Positions 1 to 8,564 of a DNA stretch of 51,990 nt are shown piece after piece; the first letter of the stretch is position 1, and each line of letters opens with the position of its first letter. A program made the position numbers and the translations under genes. The stretch comes from an uncultured Hyphomicrobiales bacterium (GTDB taxonomy: Bacteria; Pseudomonadota; Alphaproteobacteria; Rhizobiales; Phreatobacteraceae), in assembly GCA_964516115.1 (NCBI GenBank), contig CAZEZD010000001.1, positions 1 through 51,990 on the forward strand, in the 5' to 3' direction. Under the pieces are notes generated by a model. That model had not been told where the DNA came from, did no database searches, and saw nothing but the letters and a program-made list of their open reading frames with translations.

Positions 1-2
1 AC

Positions 3-383
3 AACAAGTGGTTCTCGCTGCTGACGATGAACACCCAGCCCGTCCACATCGACAATGTGGCGGCCGCCCGCAGCGTGTGGAAGCGCCCGCTGGTCAACAG
101 CCTGTTCACCCTCGGGTTGATGGTCGGCATGTCGGTGAATGACACGACCTTCGGCACCACCGTCGCCAATCTCGGCATGAGCGACGTTCGCTTCCCCCAT
201 CCGCTGTTCGAAGGCGACACGATCCGCATCCGCACGACGGTCCTCGCCAAGCGCGAGAGCAAGTCACGGCCGGGCGAGGGCATCGTCACCCTCCGCCACG
301 AGGCCCTGAATCAGGATGGCGTCGTCTGCGGCATCTGCGACCGCCAGGCGCTGATGATGATGCGGCCACAGCCGGCCGCCTGA
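3..383 (+). CDS. MaoC-family (hot-dog fold) dehydratase/hydratase, 5'-truncated by the window edge
   Basis: Frame is open from base 3 (NKWFSLLTMNTQPVHID...). Contains the hydratase-like MNxQPxHxD segment plus VNSLFTLGL, TTVANLG and VRFPHPLFEGDT. Stop lies 1 nt before the CitE-like gene. Confidence 0.85.
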   Translation, partial: NKWFSLLTMNTQPVHIDNVAAARSVWKRPLVNSLFTLGLMVGMSVNDTTFGTTVANLGMSDVRFPHPLFEGDTIRIRTTVLAKRESKSRPGEGIVTLRHEALNQDGVVCGICDRQALMMMRPQPAA

Positions 384-384
384 C

Positions 385-1236
385 ATGCGCTCGTTCCTCT
401 TCGTTCCGGCGGGTTCGGCGAAGATGCTGGAGAAGTCGCTCTCCAGCAGCGCCGATGCCGTGATCCTCGACCTCGAGGATGCGGTCCAGCTCTCCGCCAA
501 GGTCGAGGCGCGGGCCCTGCTCGCAGCCCATCTCGCCGCCCGCCCCGCGGGAGGGCCGAAGGTCGCGGTGCGGGTGAACGGCCTGGCCACGCCATGGAAC
601 CGCGACGACCTTGCCGCCGTGATGCCGCTGAAACCGGACCTCGTCATGCTGCCGAAGACGGAAGGCCCGGCAGACATCGCCGAACTCGCCGATCGCATCG
701 CCGCGCTGGAGCCCGAGGCGGAACGGACGGAAATCCTCGTCGTGGCGACGGAGACGGTGGGTTCGGTGCTGTCGCTCGCGGCACAGGACTGGCGGCACCC
801 GCGCCTCAGGGGCATGCTCTGGGGCGGCGAGGACCTTGCCGCCGAGCTCGGTGCTACCGCCAACCGCAATGCCGATGGCGCCTACACCAGTCCGTTCCGC
901 CTCGCCCGCGACCTGTGCCTCCTGGCGGCGCGGCGCGCCGGTGTCCTCGCCATCGACGCTGTCCACACCGACATCCGCGATCTCGATGCCCTCGCCGCAG
1001 AGGCTGAAGCCGCGCGCCGCGACGGATTCGATGGCAAGGCGGCGATCCACCCGGCGCAGGTCGAGGTCATCAACGCGGTGTTCCGGCCCACGGAGGCCGA
1101 GATCGCCTGGGCGCGCGACGTTCTGCAGGCCCTCGCTACCTCGGCCAGCGGGGTGGCGGTGGTCGACGGGCAGATGGTCGACGCACCGCACGCGGCGCGC
1201 GCCCGGTCGATATTGGGCGAACACGGACGAGCATGA
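385..1236 (+). CDS. CitE/HpcH-family CoA-ester lyase (citryl/citramalyl/malyl-CoA lyase-like)
   Basis: RSFLFVP, ILDLEDAV, VRVN, MLPK, GGEDL, GFDGKAAIHPAQV and VDGQMVDAPH motifs. Confidence 0.9.
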   Translation: MRSFLFVPAGSAKMLEKSLSSSADAVILDLEDAVQLSAKVEARALLAAHLAARPAGGPKVAVRVNGLATPWNRDDLAAVMPLKPDLVMLPKTEGPADIAELADRIAALEPEAERTEILVVATETVGSVLSLAAQDWRHPRLRGMLWGGEDLAAELGATANRNADGAYTSPFRLARDLCLLAARRAGVLAIDAVHTDIRDLDALAAEAEAARRDGFDGKAAIHPAQVEVINAVFRPTEAEIAWARDVLQALATSASGVAVVDGQMVDAPHAARARSILGEHGRA

Positions 1237-1287
1237 CGGAGGCCGGCGGTGCGTCCGCGGTGATCGGCAGCCCAGGGAGCGGACATT

Positions 1288-2076
1288 TTGGTTGACCATT
1301 CGGTGAAGGCTATCGGCGAGAGTTCGGCGCTGATCTTCGGCGGGACGGCCGGCATAGGTCTGGCCAGCGCCAGGGCCCTGCTGCGCGCCGGCTTGCCGCG
1401 GTTGGTCGTATCCGGTCGTAACAGTGAGCGTGGTGCCGCGGCTCAGGACGACCTAAGCGAGATGTTCCCTTCTGCCGACATCCGGTTCATGGCCTGCGAT
1501 GCGACGCGACCCACCATGATCGCCCCGGTGGTCGAGGCTGCCGTCTCGGGGATGGGCGGCATCGACATCCTCGTCAGTTCTGCTGGTGGTGACCCCATGC
1601 CCCGTCTGCTGCACACCATCCCGCTTGACGACATCATTCCAACAATGATGCAGATCTGCAGCGGGATCATCCTGCCCGCACGGGCGATCCTGCCCCAGAT
1701 GACCCGCCAGGGCGGCGGTGCCATCATCTGCCTCGCCTCGGACGCGGCCAAGGTCGCGACACCCGGCGAAACGGTCATCGGCGCGGCCATGTCCGCCATC
1801 ACCATGTTCTGCCGCGGCATGGCGCGGGAGGCCAAACGCCATGGGATCCGAGTCAACTGCCTGACCCCGAGCATCGTCGGCGACACACCGCTTTATGCAA
1901 AGCTGAAGGCAGACGCCTTTGCCGGCCGGCTCTTCGGGAAGGCCGAGAACATGGCCGACCTCGGGATCGTGACCGCGGACGATCTCGCTCAGGCGGTCGT
2001 ATTCCTCGCAAGCCCCGCCGCGGCGCGAATGACAGGACAGACGATAAGCATCACGGGTGGGATCTCGGCCATTTGA
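1288..2076 (+). CDS. SDR-family oxidoreductase, BadH-like, lacking the canonical YxxxK
   Basis: GGTAGIG Rossmann motif, GIDILVSSAG, LASDAAKV, GIRVNCLTP and MTGQTISITGG. The catalytic position reads IGAAM. TTG start is uncertain. Confidence 0.85.
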   Translation: MVDHSVKAIGESSALIFGGTAGIGLASARALLRAGLPRLVVSGRNSERGAAAQDDLSEMFPSADIRFMACDATRPTMIAPVVEAAVSGMGGIDILVSSAGGDPMPRLLHTIPLDDIIPTMMQICSGIILPARAILPQMTRQGGGAIICLASDAAKVATPGETVIGAAMSAITMFCRGMAREAKRHGIRVNCLTPSIVGDTPLYAKLKADAFAGRLFGKAENMADLGIVTADDLAQAVVFLASPAAARMTGQTISITGGISAI

Positions 2077-2147
2077 GGATCTTGCTTTGGCCGCTCGCAC
2101 CGCCCGGTCTTGCCCGAGGCAAGTTGCGCGAGTTGAGCTGTCAACAT

Positions 2148-2234
2148 CAGCTCGTCACCGACGCGCTCGTCAAGGCGATCTGGCGCGGGGGCAATCCGGA
2201 TGCGCTGCTGCATCACTCGGACCAGGGCAGCCAA
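2148..2234 (+). mobile_element. IS3-family transposase (integrase core) remnant
   Basis: Translates as QLVTDALVKAIWRGGNPDALLHHSDQGSQ, matching the IS3 OrfB LLHHSDxGSQ motif. No start or other domains present. Confidence 0.8.
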
Positions 2235-2430
2235 GGCGGATTCAAGCGGTCGTCGCAATGGTTCGTTTATCTGCTTGTCTTAGCAGAGCGCCAAGCGCCT
2301 CAGCTGGCGTCTTCCAACCGAGCGTTTTCCTCGGCCGCGAGTTGAGCGCCGCGGCGACGGCGGCGATCTCGTTGATCCCATGCGCGCTGAGGTCAGTGCC
2401 CTTTGGGAAGTACTGGCGCAGCAGGCCACT
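2235..2430 (-). mobile_element. IS30-family transposase C-terminal remnant with its right end
   Basis: Minus-strand GLLRQYFPKGTDLS...LNSRPRKTLGWKTPAEAL...IATTA* (stop 2242-2244), typical of the IS30 Tnp C-terminus. The element end reads GGCGGATTCAAGCGGTCGTCGCAA on the + strand. Confidence 0.85.
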
Positions 2431-2448
2431 CTCCCTGTTTGGCGAACA

Positions 2449-2468
2449 GGGGCGGCCGGAGCCGCCCC
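2449..2468 (-). terminator. Probable intrinsic terminator of the alkene reductase gene
   Basis: 8-bp GC stem GGGGCGGC/GCCGCCCC with a 4-nt loop, 11 nt after the stop, followed by TGTT on the minus strand (weak U-tract). Confidence 0.55.
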
Positions 2469-2479
2469 TGACACCCGCC

Positions 2480-3577
2480 TCAGGCTGCAACGTCCGCGAG
2501 CGCGGGATAGTCGACATAGCCCTTCTCGTCGCCGCCATAGAGCGTCGTCCGGTCGAGCTCGTTGAGGGGCGCATCGCGGCGCAGGCGCTCCACCAGATCC
2601 GGATTGGCAATGAAGGCCCGGCCGAAGGCGACGAGGTCGGCCCGACCGTCGCGGACGGTCTCGATGGCAAGATCGCGCGTGTAGCCGTTGTTGGCGATAT
2701 AGGCGCCGGCGAAGCTCTTGCGCAGCGCCTGATAGTCGAACGGCACGTTGTCGCGCGGGCCACCGGTGGCGCCCTCGACGACGTGGATGAAGGCGATGTC
2801 GCGCTTCGACAGTTCCGCGACGAAATAGCCGAAGACCTCGGCCGGATCGGAGGTCACGGCGTCATTGGCCGGGCTGACGGGGGACAGACGGATGCCGAGG
2901 CGGGTCTTCGGATAGACCTTCAGGATGGCATCGACCACCTCGAGGCCGAAGCGGGCGCGGTTCTCCACCGAACCGCCATAGGCGTCGGTGCGGGTGTTGG
3001 TCCCGTCCTTGAGGAACTGGTCGACCAGATAGCCGTTGGCGCCGTGGATCTCGATGCCGTCGAAGCCGGCCTTCTGCGCATTGACCGCGGCCTGGGCATA
3101 GTCGGCGACGACGTCCGAAATCTCCGAGGCCTCAAGCGCGCGCGGCGCCGACACCTCGGCGAAGCCGCCGGAAATATAGGTTTTCGACTTCGCGGTGATG
3201 GCGGAAGGCGCGACCGGCGCTGCGCCGTGCAGCAGCGAGGAATGCGAGATGCGGCCGACGTGCCAGATCTGCGCGAACATGCGGCCGCCGGCGGCATGGA
3301 CGGTGTCGGTCACGTGCTTCCAGCCGGCGATCTGCGCCTCGCTGTGGAGGCCGGGCGTCTGCAGATAGCCCTGGCCCTGCGGTGAAATCTGCGTCCCCTC
3401 CGAGATGATGAGGCCGGCCGCGGCGCGCTGGCGGTAATAAGTCGCGGTCAGCGCATGGGCGGCATCGGTGCCCGCGGCGGCGCGGTTGCGCGTCAGCGGC
3501 GCCATGACGATGCGATTGGGCAGGACGAGATCGCCCAGCGTGAAGGGCTGGAACAGCGGGCCTGGATCAGTGCTCAT
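2480..3577 (-). CDS. Alkene reductase, Old Yellow Enzyme family (NemA-like)
   Basis: NRIVMAPLTRNRA, QIWHVGRISH, GFDGIEIHGANGYLVDQFL, AFGRAFIANPDL and GYVDYP. Confidence 0.93.
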   Translation of the reverse strand: MSTDPGPLFQPFTLGDLVLPNRIVMAPLTRNRAAAGTDAAHALTATYYRQRAAAGLIISEGTQISPQGQGYLQTPGLHSEAQIAGWKHVTDTVHAAGGRMFAQIWHVGRISHSSLLHGAAPVAPSAITAKSKTYISGGFAEVSAPRALEASEISDVVADYAQAAVNAQKAGFDGIEIHGANGYLVDQFLKDGTNTRTDAYGGSVENRARFGLEVVDAILKVYPKTRLGIRLSPVSPANDAVTSDPAEVFGYFVAELSKRDIAFIHVVEGATGGPRDNVPFDYQALRKSFAGAYIANNGYTRDLAIETVRDGRADLVAFGRAFIANPDLVERLRRDAPLNELDRTTLYGGDEKGYVDYPALADVAA

Positions 3578-3719
3578 GGAGGTCTCCGGCGGAAAGCGGG
3601 TGCGCGACCGGCAGTCCGGTTGCGCGTCAGGTTGAAGTGGGCGGCCGGTTGCAGTGCAGCAAGGCGGGGGATCGCGTGGCTGCCATCACAAAGCGGGGCG
3701 CCGCGGGGCGGGACGGCGC

Positions 3720-4535
3720 TCAGGCCGAAAGCGCCCGGGCGGCCTCGATGGCGAGGGGCGCAAACCGCCTGCGGAACTCGTCGGCGGTCCAGTCGGCGAG
3801 CGAGCCGGCAATATGGATGGCGCCAGCCGGCGTCGTCCGGTCGCGTGTCACCGCGGCGGCGATGACGATCTCGCCGAGAAGGCTCTCCTCCTGGACCCAG
3901 GCATAGCCGTCCCGGCGCGCATCCTCGATACGCTGGCGGATGAGCCTCACGTCGATGAGCGTCTTCGGCGTCAGCGGCGCCAGCTTGCTGCGGCGCAGGA
4001 TGTCATCGACATGGCGGTCGTCGAGCAGCGACAGCATGGCCCGCCCGCCCGCGGTGGCGAAGGTCGGCATGCGGCGGCCGGCGAGGGTCGCGTAGAAGGT
4101 CTCGCGCTTGCTCTGCTGGCGGATGGCATAGAGGATCGTGACATCGTCAAAGAGGCTGAGATCGACGCGCTCGCCGGTGTTCTTGCGCAATTCCGTGAGA
4201 ATGGGGGTGGCGCGCTCGATGAGCGGGTTCGAGCGCAGGTAGTCGAAGGAGCGGTCGAGGATGCGGCGGCCGGGAACGACGCCCGTGCCGGTGGCCGAGC
4301 GCTCGAGATAGCCGAGCACCAGCAGGGTCTGGACGACGCGCTGGGCCGCGCTCTTGCTGATCTTGGCGCCCTTGGCCACCTCCGCCAGCGACAGCGGGCG
4401 CGGATTGCGGGCAAAGGCCTCGAGCACGTAGAAGGAACGCGCGGCCGACTTGAGAAAGAGGCGCTCGTCGACCTCGATGATGGGCTCGCGTTCCGGAGCT
4501 TGATAACGGCGCTCGAAGCCGGGCTGGGTCGACAC
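3720..4535 (-). CDS. IclR-family transcriptional regulator (PcaR/PobR-like)
   Basis: N-terminal HTH (LSLAEVAKGAKISKSAAQRVVQTLLVLGYL), TAGGRAML and RRDGYA effector-domain motifs. GTG start at 4535 follows AGAGGA. Confidence 0.9.
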   Translation of the reverse strand: MSTQPGFERRYQAPEREPIIEVDERLFLKSAARSFYVLEAFARNPRPLSLAEVAKGAKISKSAAQRVVQTLLVLGYLERSATGTGVVPGRRILDRSFDYLRSNPLIERATPILTELRKNTGERVDLSLFDDVTILYAIRQQSKRETFYATLAGRRMPTFATAGGRAMLSLLDDRHVDDILRRSKLAPLTPKTLIDVRLIRQRIEDARRDGYAWVQEESLLGEIVIAAAVTRDRTTPAGAIHIAGSLADWTADEFRRRFAPLAIEAARALSA

Positions 4536-4591
4536 GATCAGCTTTCCTCTGCACGGCAGGCGCACGCTGCCCCGTCACGATCCGGAACGCT

Positions 4592-4610
4592 TGTATTGTC
4601 TGCCGATACA
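4592..4610. promoter_or_regulatory. AT-rich inverted repeat TGTAT-N9-ATACA upstream of the IclR gene (possible autoregulatory operator)
   Basis: TGTATTGTCTGCCGATACA lies in the intergenic region. Function is inferred only. Confidence 0.3.
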
Positions 4611-4663
4611 TTTGCAAGGGCCCGTCCATGCCCTGGGTGGGACTTTGCCTTGCGCAAACGAGG

Positions 4664-6118
4664 TCAGTCGCGGTGCGACAGCGGCTTGCTGATATCCTCC
4701 AGCGCCCGCCGCTCGGCGGCCACCCCGTAGCGCAGCATGACGCCCGCAGCGATCAGCATGAGGACGGCGCCGAGGATGTAGCCGCCGAACAGCGACCATC
4801 GCGATCCCGTCTCGATCAGCGCGCCGAACAGCCAGGGGCCGACGATCCCGCCGATTCCGGTGCCGATCGCATAGAAGATGGCGATGGCGAGCGCCCGAAG
4901 CTCCAGCGGGAAGGTTTCGCTGACGGTGAGATAGGCCGAACTGGCCGCCGCCGATGCGAAGAAGAAGATGACCATCCAGCAGAGCGTCTGCGTCTGCGCC
5001 GTCAGGAGGCCCTCGGCGAACATCCAGCCGGTGCCTGCAAGCAGGAGGCCGGACATGGTGTAGGTGAAGGCGATCATCGGCCGTCGGCCGATCGTGTCGA
5101 AGAAGCGCCCGAGCAGGATCGGCCCCAGCACGTTGCCGAGCGCGAAGGGCAGGATGTACCAGCCGACCTGCGCCGGGGCGATGCCGTAGAAGTCCGTCAG
5201 AACTAGGGCATAGGTGAAGAAGATGGCGTTGTAGAAGAAGGCCTGCGCCGCCATCAGCGTGAAGCCGACGGCCGCACGGTCGCGGTGCCGCCGCAGGAGC
5301 GTATCGAAGACCTCCGAGAATGGTGTGGAGGTCCGCGGCTCAAGACGGATCTTCGCGGCCGGCGTATCGGGGATGACGTGCCCCTCGGCCCGCAGCTTCG
5401 CCTCGATGCCGGCGACGATGGCCTCGGCCTCGGCAATCCGGCCATGGGTCATCAGCCAGCGCGGGCTCTCCGGCAGCCACATGCGCATGAGGAAGATGAC
5501 CAGAGAGAGCAGCGATCCGATCAGGAAAGCCGCGCGCCAGCCATGGTCCGGGGCGAAATGGGCGGGGTCGAGCAGAACAATGGCGCCGAGGGCGCCCAGC
5601 GCCGCGCCGATCCAGAACGAGCCGTTGATGACGAGGTCGGTCCAGCCCCGGACCCGCGCCGGCACGAGCTCCTGGATCGTCGAGTTGATGGCGGCATATT
5701 CGCCGCCGATCCCGGCGCCGGTGAGAAAGCGGAACAGCATGAAGCTCCACAGATTCCACGAGAAGGCCGTCGCCGCGGTGGCGATCAGATAGACCGTGAG
5801 GGTGATGAAGAAGAGCTTCTTGCGGCCGAGCCGGTCGGTCAGCCAGCCGAAGAACAGCGCTCCGAGCACCGCCCCCGCCAGATAGGCGCTGGCGGCGAGC
5901 CCGACATCGGTGTTGGAGAACTGCAGCACCGGGCTCGCCTTGAGCGCACCGGCCACGGTGCCCGCGAGGGTGACCTCGAGGCCGTCGAGGATCCAGGTGA
6001 TCCCGAGCGCCGCCACGACGAGCGTGTGGAACCGGCCCCACGGCAGCCGGTCGAGCCGCGCGGGAATGTCGGTCTCGACGATCGTGTCGCTGCCCGCCGC
6101 CGTCGCTGTCTTCGTCAA
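4664..6118 (-). CDS. MFS transporter (sugar/metabolite type)
   Basis: LDRLPW, GWLTDRLGRK (motif A), RFLTGAGIGGEY, PESPRWL and SETFPLELRA, with about 12 hydrophobic segments. TTG start follows GGAGGAGG. Confidence 0.92.
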   Translation of the reverse strand: MTKTATAAGSDTIVETDIPARLDRLPWGRFHTLVVAALGITWILDGLEVTLAGTVAGALKASPVLQFSNTDVGLAASAYLAGAVLGALFFGWLTDRLGRKKLFFITLTVYLIATAATAFSWNLWSFMLFRFLTGAGIGGEYAAINSTIQELVPARVRGWTDLVINGSFWIGAALGALGAIVLLDPAHFAPDHGWRAAFLIGSLLSLVIFLMRMWLPESPRWLMTHGRIAEAEAIVAGIEAKLRAEGHVIPDTPAAKIRLEPRTSTPFSEVFDTLLRRHRDRAAVGFTLMAAQAFFYNAIFFTYALVLTDFYGIAPAQVGWYILPFALGNVLGPILLGRFFDTIGRRPMIAFTYTMSGLLLAGTGWMFAEGLLTAQTQTLCWMVIFFFASAAASSAYLTVSETFPLELRALAIAIFYAIGTGIGGIVGPWLFGALIETGSRWSLFGGYILGAVLMLIAAGVMLRYGVAAERRALEDISKPLSHRD

Positions 6119-6134
6119 AGCCGCCCTCCTCCGC

Positions 6135-6163
6135 CATTGCCGCGTTCCGGCAACGCGGCAATG
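6135..6163. other. 12-bp stem-loop between otsA and the MFS gene
   Basis: CATTGCCGCGTT-CCGGC-AACGCGGCAATG is a perfect stem with no U-tract, just upstream of the MFS ribosome-binding site. Confidence 0.6.
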
Positions 6164-6188
6164 ACGTTCCGGGTTGCCCTCAGATGCA

Positions 6189-8432
6189 TCAATTGCCGTT
6201 CTGGAACTCCTGCACACGCTGGCGCTTGCGCAGGCGCGAGGCGTCGAGGAGGATCTGGCCGGCCCAGCGATAGACGTTGCGCTCGCGCACATGCGCGCGC
6301 ATGAGCCGCATGCGCTCCCGCTGCTCGATCTCCGGCATCACGAGGGCGCGGCTGATGGCGTCGGCCATGCCCTGGACGTCGTAGGGATTGATGATCAGCG
6401 CCTCGGACAGTTCGCTCGACGCGCCGGCGAAGCGCGAGAGCACCAGCGCGCCCTGCTCGTCGTCGCGGGCGGCGACGAATTCCTTCGCCACCAGGTTCAT
6501 GCCGTCGTGCAGGCTGGACACCACGCAGAGATCGGCCGCGCGGAACAGTTCATAGACCTGGTCCGGCTCGTGATGACGCACGACGAGGCGGATCGGCTGG
6601 TATCCGGCATCGCCGTGGCGGGCATTGACGTCCTCGGTGATGCGGGCCGCCTCCTTCTGCAGGTTGGTATAGCTCGGCAGCTTCGACCGGGTCGGCGCAA
6701 CGATCTGGATGAAGGTGAAGCGCCCCTTCCACTGCGGCTGGCGCGTCAGCAACTCGTCGACGGCCAGAAGCCGGTCCAGAATGCCCTTGGTGTAGTCGAA
6801 ACGCTCGATGCCGACGCCGATCTTCATGTCCGCAGACAAGCCGTAGCGCTCACGCACGGCCTTGCGGCAGGTCTCCACCGGCTGCTGTGTCAGCAGCGCT
6901 GCCGGCGGCCACTCGATCGAGATCGGATAGGGCCTGACCATCGTCTCCTCGCCACCGAAGACGACGGAGCGCGTCTCGCGGTCGATGCGGCTCTCCATGA
7001 AGCGGTCGACCGTGTCGAAAAAGTTGTTGCAATAGGCCTGGGTGTGGAATCCGAGCACCGTCGATCCCAGCAGGCCGGCGATAATCTCTTCCTTCCACGG
7101 GCAGATGCCGAAGGCCTCCGCGTTCGGCCAGGGGATGTGCCAGAAGGTCAGGATGGTGGCCTTCGGCAATTGCTCGCGGATCATCCGCGGCAGCAGGGCG
7201 AAGTGATAGTCCTGCACCATGATGACCGGATCGGGCCGCGTGGCCTCGCGCACGACCGCGTCGGCGAAGCGCTGGTTGATCGCCACATATTGCTGCCAGT
7301 CGCTCTCGCGGAAGATCGGCCTGACATAGGCGAGATGGCAGAGCGGCCAGAGCCCTTCGTTGGAGAAACCGTAGTAGTAGCCCTCCTGCTCCTCGTCGCT
7401 GATCCACACGCGCCTCAGGCGGTAGGCCGGCTTGCCGGGCGGCACGAGCACGTGGTCCTGCGCGTCCACCGTGTCGCGGTCCGCTGAGCCCGAGCCATGC
7501 GCCACCCAGACGCCGCCGCAGGCGCGCATGACCGGCTCCAGCGCCGAGACGAGGCCACTGGCGGGGCGCTGGACGACGATGCGGTCGCCATCGTGATTGT
7601 GGATATAGGGCTCGCGATTGGAGACGACGAAGACCTCGGCGTCGGGAAGTTCCTTTTCCAGCAGGTCCTGCAGCGTCGACGGCGACCATTCGACGGGGGT
7701 GCCGTCCTCCTGGCGGATCTTCTCGCGGAAATCGCGCAGCAGGCCACGGATCTCCCGGCTCTCCTCCCGCACCGCCGGGTCCATGACGCCCCGCGTGCGC
7801 GCGGGATTGCCCGTCTTCAGATCCTGGATGCTCGAGAGGACGGCGCGCATGTAGCGGCGTTGCAGCAGCCCGATGGCGAGCGAGGCGACAGCACCGACGA
7901 GCAGCAGCAGCGACAGGCCGACGATCACCAGATACCAGCGCGCCTCGACGATGCGGTCGGCGACGAAGCCGAGTTCGTGGAGAACGACGAGGCTTGCCGT
8001 CTGCCCGCCGGCTGTCAGCGGAAACACACCGATCAGGACGCGCGCTCCATCGATGCGGGTCTGCATGAAGCGGAAGGCGCCGGAGGCCTCGGCGCCATCG
8101 GGACGCGGCCGTGCCCGGCAATCGATCGCGGCGGGCATGCGGTGCGTCGCCACCGTGATCCGGCCTGCCTCGTCGCAGAGGCCGAGCGCCATGATGCGCT
8201 CGTCGGCGGTCAGCCTCTCGAAGAACGGTCCCAGCGCCTCCGTCTGGCCGACGAGTTCGCGCGCGACGCGATCCCTGATCGAATTGAAGACCAGCGCCGA
8301 GCGCAGCTCCACGTCGCGGCGCGCCCATTGCTCGATGAGCGAATTCGACAGCGGCACGAGCGCGGCGAGAAGACCGACCAGGGACACGACCGCCAGGGCC
8401 ATGACCATTACGCCTCGGGTGAACTGCTTCAT
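6189..8432 (-). CDS. otsA: Trehalose-6-phosphate synthase (GT20) with an N-terminal TM-periplasmic-TM extension
   Basis: GT20 motifs [66 protein letters not shown] and INPYD. About 260 extra N-terminal residues carry two hydrophobic helices. Confidence 0.9.
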   Translation of the reverse strand: MKQFTRGVMVMALAVVSLVGLLAALVPLSNSLIEQWARRDVELRSALVFNSIRDRVARELVGQTEALGPFFERLTADERIMALGLCDEAGRITVATHRMPAAIDCRARPRPDGAEASGAFRFMQTRIDGARVLIGVFPLTAGGQTASLVVLHELGFVADRIVEARWYLVIVGLSLLLLVGAVASLAIGLLQRRYMRAVLSSIQDLKTGNPARTRGVMDPAVREESREIRGLLRDFREKIRQEDGTPVEWSPSTLQDLLEKELPDAEVFVVSNREPYIHNHDGDRIVVQRPASGLVSALEPVMRACGGVWVAHGSGSADRDTVDAQDHVLVPPGKPAYRLRRVWISDEEQEGYYYGFSNEGLWPLCHLAYVRPIFRESDWQQYVAINQRFADAVVREATRPDPVIMVQDYHFALLPRMIREQLPKATILTFWHIPWPNAEAFGICPWKEEIIAGLLGSTVLGFHTQAYCNNFFDTVDRFMESRIDRETRSVVFGGEETMVRPYPISIEWPPAALLTQQPVETCRKAVRERYGLSADMKIGVGIERFDYTKGILDRLLAVDELLTRQPQWKGRFTFIQIVAPTRSKLPSYTNLQKEAARITEDVNARHGDAGYQPIRLVVRHHEPDQVYELFRAADLCVVSSLHDGMNLVAKEFVAARDDEQGALVLSRFAGASSELSEALIINPYDVQGMADAISRALVMPEIEQRERMRLMRAHVRERNVYRWAGQILLDASRLRKRQRVQEFQNGN

Positions 8433-8498
8433 CGGGTCCCGTCCGGGTGCCGGGCCGCCGCTCCGGCAACCCGCCTTACCCCCTTCATCTGTTGACCG

Positions 8499-8524
8499 AA
8501 CGCCCGGCAGGCCGGGTTGGTTCG
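8499..8524 (-). promoter_or_regulatory. Near-consensus EcfG-type promoter upstream of otsA (CGAAC-N17-CGTT)
   Basis: Minus strand CGAAC caacccggcctgccggg CGTT, one mismatch to GGAAC-N16/17-CGTT. Confidence 0.45.
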
Positions 8525-8564
8525 GATGCCAAGGAAAATTGCGGCCCGCGACCGCCGGAAACGC

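Noticed and set aside
2242-2763. 173-aa ORF as an intact IS30 transposase
   Set aside because: Only the last 60 or so residues resemble IS30; the rest is an alternative frame of the alkene reductase gene.
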